This document shows positions 18,305-27,836 of a DNA stretch of 64,000 nt, one piece after another. Under the pieces are notes generated by a model. That model searched no databases and was not told the origin of the DNA. It saw nothing but the letters and a program-made list of their open reading frames with translations. Both the position numbers and the translations under genes were made by a program. This DNA comes from an uncultured Methanomassiliicoccales archaeon. GTDB lineage: Archaea; Thermoplasmatota; Thermoplasmata; RBG-16-68-12; EA-27. Each line of letters begins with the position of its first letter. Positions within the stretch are counted from its first letter, which is position 1. Location: assembly GCA_964396265.1 (NCBI GenBank), contig CAYNEM010000015.1:1182-65181 (forward strand). Direction: 5' to 3'.

Positions 18305-21147
18305 CGATCGACACGACGGTGCTTTCGGTCCTGTTCGCGTTCTTCGGCGCATTCTATTCGCTCCTTCTGGTCGCGATCATCTTGGCGCGACGTCGGCAAT
18401 CGTACGAGGAGCGGACGGACGACGGCTCCACCTTCAGCCTCCTGGTGCCCGCGAGGAACGAGGCGTCCGTGATCGAAGCGACCCTCGCTTCCCTCCTCGC
18501 GTTTGACTATCCCCCGGACCGATTCGAGGTGCTCGTCGTCGACGACGGGTCGACGGACGGGACGTCGGAAGCGGTGCGCCGCCTGGCCCGCCAGCATGCA
18601 GAGCGAGTGCACGTTCTTCGCGTGCCCGTCGACCTCGCGGGCCGCGGAAAGTCGGAGGCGCTGAACCTCGGCCTTCGCGCGCTCCTCCGGAGCTCACGGT
18701 TCCGCGACAGCCCGTCTTGGATCGTCGGCGTGTTCGACGCGGACGGGGTAGCGGACCGGGACCTGCTCCGGAAGGCGGCGTTCCAATTCCGGGATGAGTC
18801 GATTGGCGGGGTGCAGGCGTCCGTGCGCATCGCGAACCGGGGCCGCTCCCGTCTCGCACGAATGCAAGACCTCGAGTTCTCGGCCTTCTCACGCGTCACC
18901 CAGATGATCCGGTCCCAGTTGGTAGGCTCGGCGAGCCTCGGGGGCAACGGCCAGTTCGTCCGCGCGAAGGCCCTCCGGTCGCTGAGGGTCTCGGGTAAGC
19001 CCTCGCGATTCTGGCGACCGGGCGCGCTCACGGAGGACCTCGAACTGTCGACGCGCCTCGCGCTCGCGGGCTGGAAGATCCGCCACCTGGCGACCAGCTA
19101 CGTCCACCAAGAAGGCGTCGAGCGGTTCCGCGACCTGTTTCGTCAGCGCACGCGCTGGGCATGGGGTTCCTTACAGGTGTTCGTGGAGTACGTCCTCAAG
19201 CTGAAGATTGCTCGCGCGAAGGGCGTCCCGCTCCGGACCCGTCTCGATCTTGGCGTCACGCTCTCCCTGTTCATCCTTTCCCCGATGGTGCTCGTCGTCT
19301 GGCTCCTGACGATCCTCTCGTTCGCCGGGGTCCTCTCCGTGACGAACCAGCTCCCCGGGCTCCTGACGTTGGGGATATCGTTCGGGTTCTTCCCGGTGGT
19401 CGCGTGGGGGATGTGGCAGCAGCGCGAGTACCGGAGGTTGAGGCTGCCGCTCGACCTCCTCCTCTTCACCGCGTACACGTATCACTGGCTCCCGTGCCTC
19501 TACGTCGCGATCCTCCGCGTGATCGGAGGCGACGACTCGCGGTGGTTCAAGACTCGCCGGATTTCGGAGGGAGGCGGCGCGCTCCGGCCGCGTCTCGTCG
19601 ATCGCGTAGCGGCGTGGGCGAAGCCGCCCAATGTGGCGGGCCTCGCCGCGTTCCTCGTGCTCGCCGCGGTCGCGGGGTTCCTCCGCTGGCAACGTGGCGG
19701 CTATCTCGATCCGTTCGAAGATGCGTACCAGCACTGGTGGATCTCAGGATACACGCTGCAGACTGGACAGTACTACGACTCGTTCTCCGCCATGACGCAC
19801 GGAAACTGGTTGCCGCTGTATGACTTCGCGATCATGCCCCTCTTCTCCCTGTTCGGCGTCCACAACATGGGGGCACTCAAGGGGCTGAGCCTCGCGCTTT
19901 CCCTCGCGACGATGGCCATCGTCTTCCTCGTCGGCCTGCGGTCTCTCGGGAGGGGCGCGGCGTGGGCCGCGGCCGTGTTCTTCGCGTTCATGCCGTCCGG
20001 AATTCTCGGCGGCTCCATGGCGCTCCCGGAGGCGGCGACCGGCCTCGCCCTCATCGGTGCGTACTACCTCATGTTCCTCAGCCCCGCGCCGTCCACATCG
20101 CGGTACGGATTTGCCGCCGCAGCGCTGCTCATCGCGGTCGCCCTCCGCTACGAGGCCTGGCTGTTCACGGTCCTCCTCCTCGGATTCTACCTGGGGAGCA
20201 AGGCTCCGAAGATCGCGCGCGGCGACCTGCTGCTCGTCACGTCTCCCGCGCTCGTCTTCATGGGCGTCTGGCTCCTGTTCACCTCGCGGTGGGGGTTCCT
20301 CCCGAACATCGTGATCGCGCAGACCTCCGTGGACCTCCAGTACAAGGCCTCGATCGGCGCGCTCCCCGCGATCTCCGAGATCCTGGGGGATTTCTGGCGG
20401 GACTACGCGTCGCTGTCCCTCGTCCCGGTGTTCCTTGGGACCGCCTACGCGATCCGCTCGATCCGGCGGGAGTTCCTCGCCTTCGTGCTCCTCGCGTTCT
20501 ATGCCGCCGAAGTCGGTTGGACGGGACTCGGCTACGGGACCCCGAGCGTCCGCTATCTGTACGTGACGCTGCCCGGCCTCACGGTTCTCGCCGGGATGGC
20601 CGTGGCGTCCGTCTGGCGGTACGCCAGATCCCTCGCGAAGGCCCCGGGCATTTCCTCGCGACGCGTGCACCGCGGTGCGGCCGTGGCCGTCGCGGTCCTC
20701 CTCGTGGCGGTGGTCGGGATCTCGTCCGTCCACGACGGACTGGCGACCGCTTTCCCGTCCGACAATCCTGGATTCATGATGGGCGGCCGCGAGCGGGCGG
20801 GGCTCTTCCTCCGAGACCTTGCGCTGCCCACCGGAAAGCTCCTCCTCTCGGAGTCGCCGATCGCCGCCTATCTCAGCGGCCAGCCTCCGGGACGGATCAT
20901 CGGCTCGAGCCTGTTGCCGGACAACGCGACGGCGGCGGCAGAATACCTCCAGGAGAACGTCGCGTATCTCGTGCTCGTGACCGTGCCCTGGTACAAGCTC
21001 CGCCGGCTGTTCCCGGAACTCGCGGACGGCGCGAATACGCCGGAATTCCGCCTCCTGTTCGATGCGACAGGGCCCGAGTACGTGGCTGGCGGCCATCGGG
21101 TCCTCGTGTACGAGGTGCTGCCGCGGAGCGGAGGGATCGGGCCGTGA
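18301..21147 (+). CDS. Processive family-2 glycosyltransferase (DxD, TED, QRTRW motifs) fused to a large C-terminal polytopic GT-C-like domain.
   Basis: 949 aa from the ATG at 18301. The GT2 region has VVDDGSTDGT, GVFDADG, TEDLELS and QRTRWAWG. After residue ~430 there are at least 12 more predicted TM helices, with a DPFEDAYQHWW loop motif reminiscent of ArnT/PMT-type GT-C enzymes. Confidence 0.8.
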   Translation: MTIDTTVLSVLFAFFGAFYSLLLVAIILARRRQSYEERTDDGSTFSLLVPARNEASVIEATLASLLAFDYPPDRFEVLVVDDGSTDGTSEAVRRLARQHAERVHVLRVPVDLAGRGKSEALNLGLRALLRSSRFRDSPSWIVGVFDADGVADRDLLRKAAFQFRDESIGGVQASVRIANRGRSRLARMQDLEFSAFSRVTQMIRSQLVGSASLGGNGQFVRAKALRSLRVSGKPSRFWRPGALTEDLELSTRLALAGWKIRHLATSYVHQEGVERFRDLFRQRTRWAWGSLQVFVEYVLKLKIARAKGVPLRTRLDLGVTLSLFILSPMVLVVWLLTILSFAGVLSVTNQLPGLLTLGISFGFFPVVAWGMWQQREYRRLRLPLDLLLFTAYTYHWLPCLYVAILRVIGGDDSRWFKTRRISEGGGALRPRLVDRVAAWAKPPNVAGLAAFLVLAAVAGFLRWQRGGYLDPFEDAYQHWWISGYTLQTGQYYDSFSAMTHGNWLPLYDFAIMPLFSLFGVHNMGALKGLSLALSLATMAIVFLVGLRSLGRGAAWAAAVFFAFMPSGILGGSMALPEAATGLALIGAYYLMFLSPAPSTSRYGFAAAALLIAVALRYEAWLFTVLLLGFYLGSKAPKIARGDLLLVTSPALVFMGVWLLFTSRWGFLPNIVIAQTSVDLQYKASIGALPAISEILGDFWRDYASLSLVPVFLGTAYAIRSIRREFLAFVLLAFYAAEVGWTGLGYGTPSVRYLYVTLPGLTVLAGMAVASVWRYARSLAKAPGISSRRVHRGAAVAVAVLLVAVVGISSVHDGLATAFPSDNPGFMMGGRERAGLFLRDLALPTGKLLLSESPIAAYLSGQPPGRIIGSSLLPDNATAAAEYLQENVAYLVLVTVPWYKLRRLFPELADGANTPEFRLLFDATGPEYVAGGHRVLVYEVLPRSGGIGP

Positions 21148-22001
21148 TGCGTCGCGGGCCCCTTCCCACATTCGCTCCTGGCCCGGATTATTACCCGTAC
21201 GTCGCACGCGGTTACGATCTCGTGGGAAGCCACTACGACGAGATCGAGGGTCGGAATGCGATCAGCGAGAGGGTCCGCAAGGAGTCCATGAGGGCGGCCC
21301 TTCTCGCCTTCCGACCAGGGGATCGCGTGCTGGAGCTCGGGTGCGGGACGGGCCGGGATGCCGTCATGCTGGCGGCCCATGGGATTCACGTGGTCGCCAC
21401 CGACGTCTCCCCGGCGATGATCGCCATCACCCGGGAGCGGGCCAAACGGGAGGGTGTCGCTGACCTCGTGGAAGCGGCGGCTATGTCCGCAGCGGCGGCG
21501 GCGAGCTTGGAAGGACCGTTCGACGGCGTCTACTCTAACGGTGCGGTCTTCAACCTGGAGCCCGACATGGAGCGCGTCTCACTGGGGCTCGCCCGTTCCC
21601 TGCGTCCGGATGGACGCGCCATTGTGACCGCGGCGAATCGCGCCTCGCTTTTCGAACTCCTGTTCTACCCGTTCGTTCTTCGCCCGCGAAAGGCCTTCCG
21701 AAAGTTGGGAGATACGGTGCCAATCCCGATCTCCCGTGGCGGTCCAGGCAAGAGGTACGTCGTTCCCACTCGGTTCCTGTCCCCGAGCCAGTTCCTTGCC
21801 CATTTCGCGAGCGCGTTCGTCGTTGAGGACTGGAAGGGCCTCCAGATCCTGACGCCGCCGTGGAACCTGGTCGACATGGCGGTTCTGTTTCGTGGGGCTG
21901 TGGCTCCGATGGAGGCAGTGGAAGATCTCGTCGGTCGTTGGTGGGGCCTCCGGAGCATGGGGGCGATCTACCTCATCGTCCTTCGGCGGAAGGGATCGTG
22001 A
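21147..22001 (+). CDS. Class I SAM-dependent methyltransferase.
   Basis: Motif I VLELGCGTGRDAVMLA. Start ATG overlaps the GT2 stop (TGATG). 284 aa. Confidence 0.75.
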   Translation: MRRGPLPTFAPGPDYYPYVARGYDLVGSHYDEIEGRNAISERVRKESMRAALLAFRPGDRVLELGCGTGRDAVMLAAHGIHVVATDVSPAMIAITRERAKREGVADLVEAAAMSAAAAASLEGPFDGVYSNGAVFNLEPDMERVSLGLARSLRPDGRAIVTAANRASLFELLFYPFVLRPRKAFRKLGDTVPIPISRGGPGKRYVVPTRFLSPSQFLAHFASAFVVEDWKGLQILTPPWNLVDMAVLFRGAVAPMEAVEDLVGRWWGLRSMGAIYLIVLRRKGS

Positions 22002-22829
22002 GTGAGGCTCGAGCAACCCGAGACGGAGGTCGTGACCGCGGCCCAGGCGTACGACGCGTATGCGCCCCGTTACGACGGAATCCTGAACGAGAACCGGATC
22101 AATGCCTACTTGCGAAGGGAAACGAGCGGCGCGCTGCGGTCCCTCTTCAGCCCCGAGTCCCATCTCCTGGAGCTGGGCTGTGGCACCGGCGACGAGGCGT
22201 TCGCGCTCGCCGATGAGGGATGCGAGATCGTAGCCCTCGACCCGTCGGCCGAAATGATCACGATCGCCCGATCGAAGGCCGCAAAACATCGACGGGGGAA
22301 CCGCGTGACGTTCCTCCTCGGGACGGCCCGCGACGTCCCCAGGGTCCTCGAGGACGCCCCCGCAGCCTCCTTCGACGGAGCTTACTCCAGCTTCGCGCTC
22401 TCCTATGACGACGATCTTCGTCCGCTTGGCTCCATGCTCGCACGGCTCGTTCGGCCGGGAGGGCTCCTGGTTGTTGCCGCGATGAACCGCCTCTGTTTGT
22501 CGGAATCGTTGCTATCGATGATGCTTCTCAGACCCCGACTCGCCGGCCGTCGACTCGGATCTCGGACGATGCACAAGGTCGGTCAGGTGCGCACGGTCGT
22601 ATACCCCCGAACACCCCTAGGACTGTCTCACGCGTTCCGACCGGCATTCGCGGTCGAACAGCTACGGGCGCTCTGCGCAGTCCTCCCGCCGCACTACGCG
22701 AATCGCCCCTTGCAACGATGGCCTGCCTTGCTCGACATCCTGGAGCGCGTGGACAACGCGGCAGGCCGTCGTCCTGTGTTCCGTATGCTCGGGGATCACG
22801 CGTTGGTGGTCATGCGCCGCGTTGCATAG
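22002..22829 (+). CDS. Class I SAM-dependent methyltransferase, paralog of the preceding gene.
   Basis: Motif I LLELGCGTGDEAFALA. GTG start immediately after the previous stop. Same domain order and C-terminal extension as the upstream methyltransferase. Confidence 0.7.
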   Translation: MRLEQPETEVVTAAQAYDAYAPRYDGILNENRINAYLRRETSGALRSLFSPESHLLELGCGTGDEAFALADEGCEIVALDPSAEMITIARSKAAKHRRGNRVTFLLGTARDVPRVLEDAPAASFDGAYSSFALSYDDDLRPLGSMLARLVRPGGLLVVAAMNRLCLSESLLSMMLLRPRLAGRRLGSRTMHKVGQVRTVVYPRTPLGLSHAFRPAFAVEQLRALCAVLPPHYANRPLQRWPALLDILERVDNAAGRRPVFRMLGDHALVVMRRVA

Positions 22830-23520
22830 CTTCGAGGCTCGCGAAGAGACCGCGGATGGAACGACGGAGTCGCCCTCGCCGCAAGTGTCCGATCAACGCC
22901 CCCATTTCCGCTACCGCGTCTTGGATCCACCCGCTCTTGTTTCCAATGCGGAAGAATGGAGAGATTTCGAAGCGGGAACTCAAATCGGCGTACTCGAGAC
23001 CGTAGCGGAGATTGCGTCCCAACGGCGAAGGCTTGAGTCGGACGAAGGGGCCACGCAGGTTCTCGACCCTGCCTCCGGCGGCCTCGACCCGCAAGTAGTA
23101 CTCGAGTGTCCAGAGGTAGAGATTGGAAAACGGGCCGAAACGACGGAGCGTCGAACCCGTGAGGAGCATGAGTCCACCGTGCCAGGACACGACATCCGCC
23201 CCGGTCCGAACATGGGCTTCGACGAGGCGTTGCGTGTAGTCGCGGGGGACGAGCGTGTTGCCATCAAAGAGGACGAACCGTTCGTTGGACGCCTGAAGGC
23301 AACCGGCCTGAACCGCCTCGGCCGTGTTGCCGACATCGACGCGAAGCATCTTCTGAGAGCGGCCCCGACCGATCAGCTCCGAGCCGTCGTCGCAACGGTC
23401 GAACACCAATATTAGTTCGTCGATAGGCAGGATGAGACGGTCGATGGAGTCCAATACTCTCTCAAGGACCGACGCCTCATCATGGATTGGCACGATACCG
23501 CTTAGCTTCTTGGCTTGCAT
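22810..23520 (-). CDS. Small family-2 glycosyltransferase.
   Basis: 236 aa. N-terminal IVPIHDEASVLERVLDSI...LILVFDRCDDGS is GT2-like. Convergent with the methyltransferase, with a 20-nt tail overlap. Confidence 0.6.
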   Translation of the reverse strand: MQAKKLSGIVPIHDEASVLERVLDSIDRLILPIDELILVFDRCDDGSELIGRGRSQKMLRVDVGNTAEAVQAGCLQASNERFVLFDGNTLVPRDYTQRLVEAHVRTGADVVSWHGGLMLLTGSTLRRFGPFSNLYLWTLEYYLRVEAAGGRVENLRGPFVRLKPSPLGRNLRYGLEYADLSSRFEISPFFRIGNKSGWIQDAVAEMGALIGHLRRGRLRRSIRGLFASLEAMQRGA

Positions 23521-24338
23521 TACGTTGTCGAGGGTGATTCGCCTAGGGCAGGTTAGAGCTTTGGATTCCGAATTCGACTAGCGTCACAAGTCGATGAATA
23601 CAGAAAAACAGCCCCGCTTCGAGCCAGCGCATTGAGTGGGGGGCGCCGTGGGACCCTTCGGAGCACCGCGGGATTCAGGGAATTGTCGGACCTACGGCAG
23701 TTGGGGACCTCGAGCGCCCGGTGTTGGTCCGGACGGTGGTAGTTGTATGTCGTTGGCAACCCTCGGAACGAAAGTGACGAACTGGATCGGAGGGCTCGTG
23801 GACGCAGCCCGATTGACGGCATGATCCAGCCGAGGATGTCGTGAGGGCCGTCCAGAGGCTAACGAGCCAGAGGTGCGCCTTCAGGATCTCGTGCATCCGG
23901 TTATGGGGCACGCGGACGCGGTCCCTTTCCATCTGGAGCTCTGGCCCAGGCGGCCATCCCGTACCCCTTGGCGGTCTCGGAGGACGAGGTCCACCTCCTC
24001 CGCGAACGTCGGCTTGGGTCTCTTGCCTGGCCTTCGGGGATCGGGAGCTCCCCGTATCCCGGTTCCGGCGGTACAGCTCGTTGGCCCACCGGCGGTCGAC
24101 CTCCTGCGCCCACGGGATCCTCGAGTCGAGCGTCCACTTCTCCATCTCTCGGATGGTCCATCGGACCTTTCCCTCGTCGGTCTTCGTCACGCCGCTCGCA
24201 TGCACGAGAGGGATAGTAACTGAATTCGGGATAGACTAAATCTCCAAAATGTTCAGAAAAGACTAAGTATCAAAATGCTGCTACGACGCCTTCTCCGGGC
24301 TGACCTGTAATCGCTGGTCTCTCAGGGGGGGAGCGATC
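23521..24338. other. About 800-bp region with no convincing ORF and lower GC; candidate degraded gene remnant or ncRNA locus.
   Basis: Only short, compositionally odd ORFs on both strands. AT-rich stretches occur at 23570-23620 and 24230-24290. Flanked by the GT2 gene and a wHTH gene. Confidence 0.3.
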
Positions 24339-24611
24339 GTGCCAGGAAGACGATCTGAGCTCGAAATTGCTGTGGCGATCCTGAGGGCAATCAAAGAAGA
24401 AGCGAGCGACGCCGGGAACGAAGCGAGGAGCAGTAGGGTGCAAGCCCGCGTATATCTGAGTTGGAACGTCTTCAATCGGCACATCTCGAAGCTCAGAGGA
24501 CGTGGTCTGATCGGCGGCTCCAGTTTGATCCTGACAGACCCGGGGAAACGTTTACTGCGTCGATACGGAATGGAGGTGCGAAGCTTCTTGGAAGATTTCG
24601 GGTTTCTGTAG
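24339..24611 (+). CDS. Small archaeal winged-helix transcriptional regulator.
   Basis: 90 aa. ELEIAVAILRAIKEE...RVYLSWNVFNRHISKLRGRGLI is typical of archaeal HTH_45-like wHTH proteins. Lower GC than its surroundings. Confidence 0.55.
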   Translation: MPGRRSELEIAVAILRAIKEEASDAGNEARSSRVQARVYLSWNVFNRHISKLRGRGLIGGSSLILTDPGKRLLRRYGMEVRSFLEDFGFL

Positions 24612-24713
24612 TTCGGTTCGCCAATCCATGCCAACGGTTCGGACCTCCGGTCCCGTCCTCCAATCCGAAAAGTTGTTGGCGGTGAATTATCATCCTCGGG
24701 CAGGGGTAGGGTC

Positions 24714-25283
24714 ATGAAGGCACCAAGTCACTCGGAAGGACAGACCACGGTTGGAACGAGAGATCGCAAACCGGTCGGTAGACCGGCTTCGAAAGCTCTG
24801 GTTTTTTGCGCTGCAATCGCGATCGTTCTAGTCGTACTCGGAGCCAATCCGCGGGCCGAGTCAGGGGGCTTGGACTCCGCAGTGCCAGGTACTGAGGTCC
24901 TCCAGATTGATGCTTCCGTTGGAGGGCACACGCCGGAGGGCCACTGGCTCATGGCAGTAGAACCCGTCACCCGGACATTGAACTTGACTGTGCGTATCAT
25001 CTCGAGCGCTGGCGTCGCCGGAGCATTCCTTCGATTCCAAGAAGTAGGAGCCCTTGAAGGCACGTATCGGGCCGTCGACCTCTATCGTTTTCACGGTGAC
25101 GACCTTGACGGATACTACTTGGGGCTTGCTCCTGCCCAAAGTGAACCTGGGTTCGTTTATTACTATTTTGAAGCATACTCGGTCGTGGGAGGTCACACTC
25201 TGGCCCCGAATGGAGGAGTGAGATACGTAATGAGAATCGTGCCATGGGGTGAAATGTTCGATCCTATGGAGGGATATCCGTGA
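24714..25283 (+). CDS. Hypothetical membrane-anchored or secreted protein.
   Basis: 189 aa. N-terminal hydrophobic segment ALVFCAAIAIVLVVLGA. 4-nt overlap with the next gene. Confidence 0.45.
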   Translation: MKAPSHSEGQTTVGTRDRKPVGRPASKALVFCAAIAIVLVVLGANPRAESGGLDSAVPGTEVLQIDASVGGHTPEGHWLMAVEPVTRTLNLTVRIISSAGVAGAFLRFQEVGALEGTYRAVDLYRFHGDDLDGYYLGLAPAQSEPGFVYYYFEAYSVVGGHTLAPNGGVRYVMRIVPWGEMFDPMEGYP

Positions 25284-25924
25284 GGGTCCCGGTCCCATTG
25301 CTCGTAATCCTAGTTCTGGCCACAACCACGACAGGCGTGTTGCCTTTCTCACTCACTCAGCCTGTCCAGGGTCATCATGGTTGGCATGTGGTCCCTTTGA
25401 TCTACACGAGGGTAGGCGGAACAACCTGGGGCAGCAGCTCAATCGTCTGGGACGGGAGCAAGTATGTAGCGGACGTCTATTGCCCCCCCGTGGTTCCCTC
25501 GGGCACTGCATATCGCTGGGCGCAAGCGGAAACCAGATGGTACGAATCTTGGCTGGGCGTTTCTGGTTACGTCACGAATGATCCGTTAAGCTTTGACACG
25601 TTTAACCTCGACATGGCGTTATCAGGGACCGGGAACAACATGTACGAGGCGCAACTCATCGTCGACCACGCCGACAGTTCGATGCTCCTTATAGGGTCCG
25701 GAATCACGAATGCCATTGAAGCGTACAATCTGCACGGCACCTGGGCGCATATCCATGGAGACGCTTACGTCCCCGAAACAGGGACTCAGTCATTCGTCTT
25801 TGGCGACTTCTACAGGGCACGGACCGTCGCGCAGTGTTCTTCGTACTCTTCGCCGTCGGGTGCGGGCAGCACCGACGCGCCGCAGAATTATCTCGGGGCG
25901 AATGTATGGGTTTGGGCTACGTAG
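25280..25924 (+). CDS. Hypothetical secreted protein.
   Basis: 214 aa. Signal peptide MRVPVPLLVILVLATTTTG. Trp/Tyr-rich. No recognisable domain. Confidence 0.5.
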   Translation: MRVPVPLLVILVLATTTTGVLPFSLTQPVQGHHGWHVVPLIYTRVGGTTWGSSSIVWDGSKYVADVYCPPVVPSGTAYRWAQAETRWYESWLGVSGYVTNDPLSFDTFNLDMALSGTGNNMYEAQLIVDHADSSMLLIGSGITNAIEAYNLHGTWAHIHGDAYVPETGTQSFVFGDFYRARTVAQCSSYSSPSGAGSTDAPQNYLGANVWVWAT

Positions 25925-26005
25925 GTTGGATGAAGTCCCACCGCACGAAATTTCTGGATGGTTAGATCAGACACCGTGGCAAACCCGAGCTCTGCCACGG
26001 CTTAA

Positions 26006-26326
26006 TCACCCGTGCGCGAACTCCACGCCCAAGCCGCCGCGCGGGTAGTTCCATCGGATCGCGCCGCTCCCGAGCTTGTGGCACACGATCGTGCAGGCGC
26101 CGAGCTCGATGCAACCCTCGATGTTGTACACCATCTGCCCGTTCTCCCAGCGATACACCTGCGCGGGGCACACATAGAGGCACGGCTTCAACGCACACGA
26201 CTTGCACGTGTCCGTCTCGACGACGATGAAAGGCTCCTCGTCCCGCTCGAACTTGTCCAACGCGAGGCGGTCGTCCGCGGTCAACGCCTTCTCGACGGGC
26301 GGGTGCTCCTTGGCGGGAGAGGGCAC
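26006..26326 (-). CDS. fixX: Ferredoxin-like protein FixX.
   Basis: 106 aa. Cys motifs CKSCALKPCLYVCP and CIELGACTIVC match FixX/Etf-associated ferredoxins. Confidence 0.85.
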   Translation of the reverse strand: MPSPAKEHPPVEKALTADDRLALDKFERDEEPFIVVETDTCKSCALKPCLYVCPAQVYRWENGQMVYNIEGCIELGACTIVCHKLGSGAIRWNYPRGGLGVEFAHG

Positions 26327-26377
26327 ACGCCGATGATTCGTCCTCGCCTATAAGAGTCCTCGTCGAGAGGCAGCGCC

Positions 26378-26385
26378 CGGGTCAA
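26378..26385 (+). promoter_or_regulatory. TATA-like CTTATACA about 40 nt upstream of fixC. A second element, CCTATAAGAG (26352-26361), may serve divergent fixX.
   Basis: AT-rich motifs in the 97-bp divergent intergenic region. Confidence 0.3.
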
Positions 26386-26423
26386 ACACTTATACACGCG
26401 TCGGTCTAACGGCGCGCGTATCC

Positions 26424-27713
26424 ATGGAGAAGTTCGACGCGATCGTCGTCGGCGCGGGCCCCGCGGGGAGCGCCGCCGCGTACGGACTCGCGAAGGCCGG
26501 CGTCAAGACCCTCCTCATCGAACGCGGCAAGGCGCCGGGCCACAAAACGATGTTTGGCGGCCGCATCTACGCGCACCCGTTGCACAAGCTCCTGCCGGAC
26601 TTCGAGAAGGACTGCCCGATCGAGCGGTTCGTCACGCGGGAGAACATGTCCTTCCTCGCGGAGGAGACCGCGCTCAACCTCCAGTTCGATTCCCCGAAGC
26701 TCGCGTCCGGCGCGTCGGCTTCCTTCACCGCCAACCGCGCGAAGTTCGACGCGTGGCTCGCGAAGAAGGCGGAGGATGCGGGGGCCATGCTCATCACGGG
26801 GATCCGTGTGGACGGCCTCCACCGCGAAGGGGGCAAGGTCGCCGGCGTGGTCGCGAACCACGACACGGTCAAGGCGGACGTCGTCGTCGCGGCGGACGGT
26901 GCGATGTCCCAAATCGCGCGGGGTGCGGGCCTCCTAGGCGAGCCGGAACCCAAGGAGTTCTCCGTCGGTGTCAAGGAGACGATTGAGCTCCCGCAGAAGA
27001 CCCTCGAGGAACGGTTCAACCTCGACGAGCGGGAGGGCGCCGCGTACGTCTTCGCGGGCTACGCGAGCAACTGGCTCCGCGGTGGCGGCTTCCTATATAC
27101 GAACAAGACTACGCTTTCCCTCGGCCTCGTCGTATCCTCCGAGGACCTCTCCGTGACGAAGACGGAGATCGGCGCGATCCAGGACCGGTTCCGCAAGCAC
27201 CCCACGATCGCGCGCCTCACGAAGGGCGGCAAGGTCCTCGAGTGGTCCGCGCACCTTGTGCCCGAGCTCGGGACCCGCATGGTGCCGAAGCCGTACTCGG
27301 ACGGATTAATCGTCGCGGGGGATGCGGCCGGATTCCTCCTGAACACGGGATACACATTCCGCGGGGTCGACCTTGCGATCGCGAGCGGGATGGCGGCATC
27401 GGAAGCGATCCTGAGCGCGCGGAAGTCTGGCGGCTATGGCGCGTCCTCGCTGGCGGTGTACGAGACACTACTGCGCAAGCACCAGGTGACGACAGACCTC
27501 GAGACCTTCGCGCGGGCGCCGTTCTACCTGAAGAACCCGAGGCTGTTCAACCTCTATCCGCGGCTCCTCAACGAAATCGCGGCGCGGGTGTACTCGATCG
27601 ACGGCAAGGGACAGCGCCGGCTCATGGACATCGCACTTGAGGAGGCGAAGGCCGGGAAGATCTCCGCGGTGAAGATGCTCCTCGACCTGCTCGGCGGCGC
27701 GCGGGCGATGTGA
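26424..27713 (+). CDS. fixC: FAD-dependent electron-transfer-flavoprotein:quinone oxidoreductase FixC.
   Basis: N-terminal FAD-binding fold FDAIVVGAGPAGSAAAYGLAKAGVKTLLIERG. 429 aa. Typical FixC length and motifs. Confidence 0.9.
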   Translation: MEKFDAIVVGAGPAGSAAAYGLAKAGVKTLLIERGKAPGHKTMFGGRIYAHPLHKLLPDFEKDCPIERFVTRENMSFLAEETALNLQFDSPKLASGASASFTANRAKFDAWLAKKAEDAGAMLITGIRVDGLHREGGKVAGVVANHDTVKADVVVAADGAMSQIARGAGLLGEPEPKEFSVGVKETIELPQKTLEERFNLDEREGAAYVFAGYASNWLRGGGFLYTNKTTLSLGLVVSSEDLSVTKTEIGAIQDRFRKHPTIARLTKGGKVLEWSAHLVPELGTRMVPKPYSDGLIVAGDAAGFLLNTGYTFRGVDLAIASGMAASEAILSARKSGGYGASSLAVYETLLRKHQVTTDLETFARAPFYLKNPRLFNLYPRLLNEIAARVYSIDGKGQRRLMDIALEEAKAGKISAVKMLLDLLGGARAM

Positions 27714-27836
27714 TTCCATGGAGCGTGCTCGGCGCCGCCAGCTCGCGGTCATGAGTAACACCGGCTAGGGCAGGGAGACCGTGGTCGCATTGGGCCGTGC
27801 GGCCGCTGCGTGACCACGATCGCGATGGGGGACGAC

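Noticed and set aside
23521-23660. Possible tRNA fragment or SRP/RNase P RNA (motifs such as GGATTCCGAATTCG and ACAGAAAAACAGCC)
   Set aside because: No cloverleaf could be folded, and conserved SRP (GGAA tetraloop/AGGNCCGGAAGG) and RNase P CR-I to CR-V motifs are absent. Kept only as an unexplained non-coding region.
23675-24205. 176-aa minus-strand ORF with a vaguely recombinase-like N-terminus (TIREMEKWTLDSRIPWAQEVDRRW)
   Set aside because: No catalytic R-H-R-Y or DDE motif. Gly/Pro/Arg-rich low-complexity middle. An overlapping plus-strand ORF is equally implausible. Treated as non-coding remnant.
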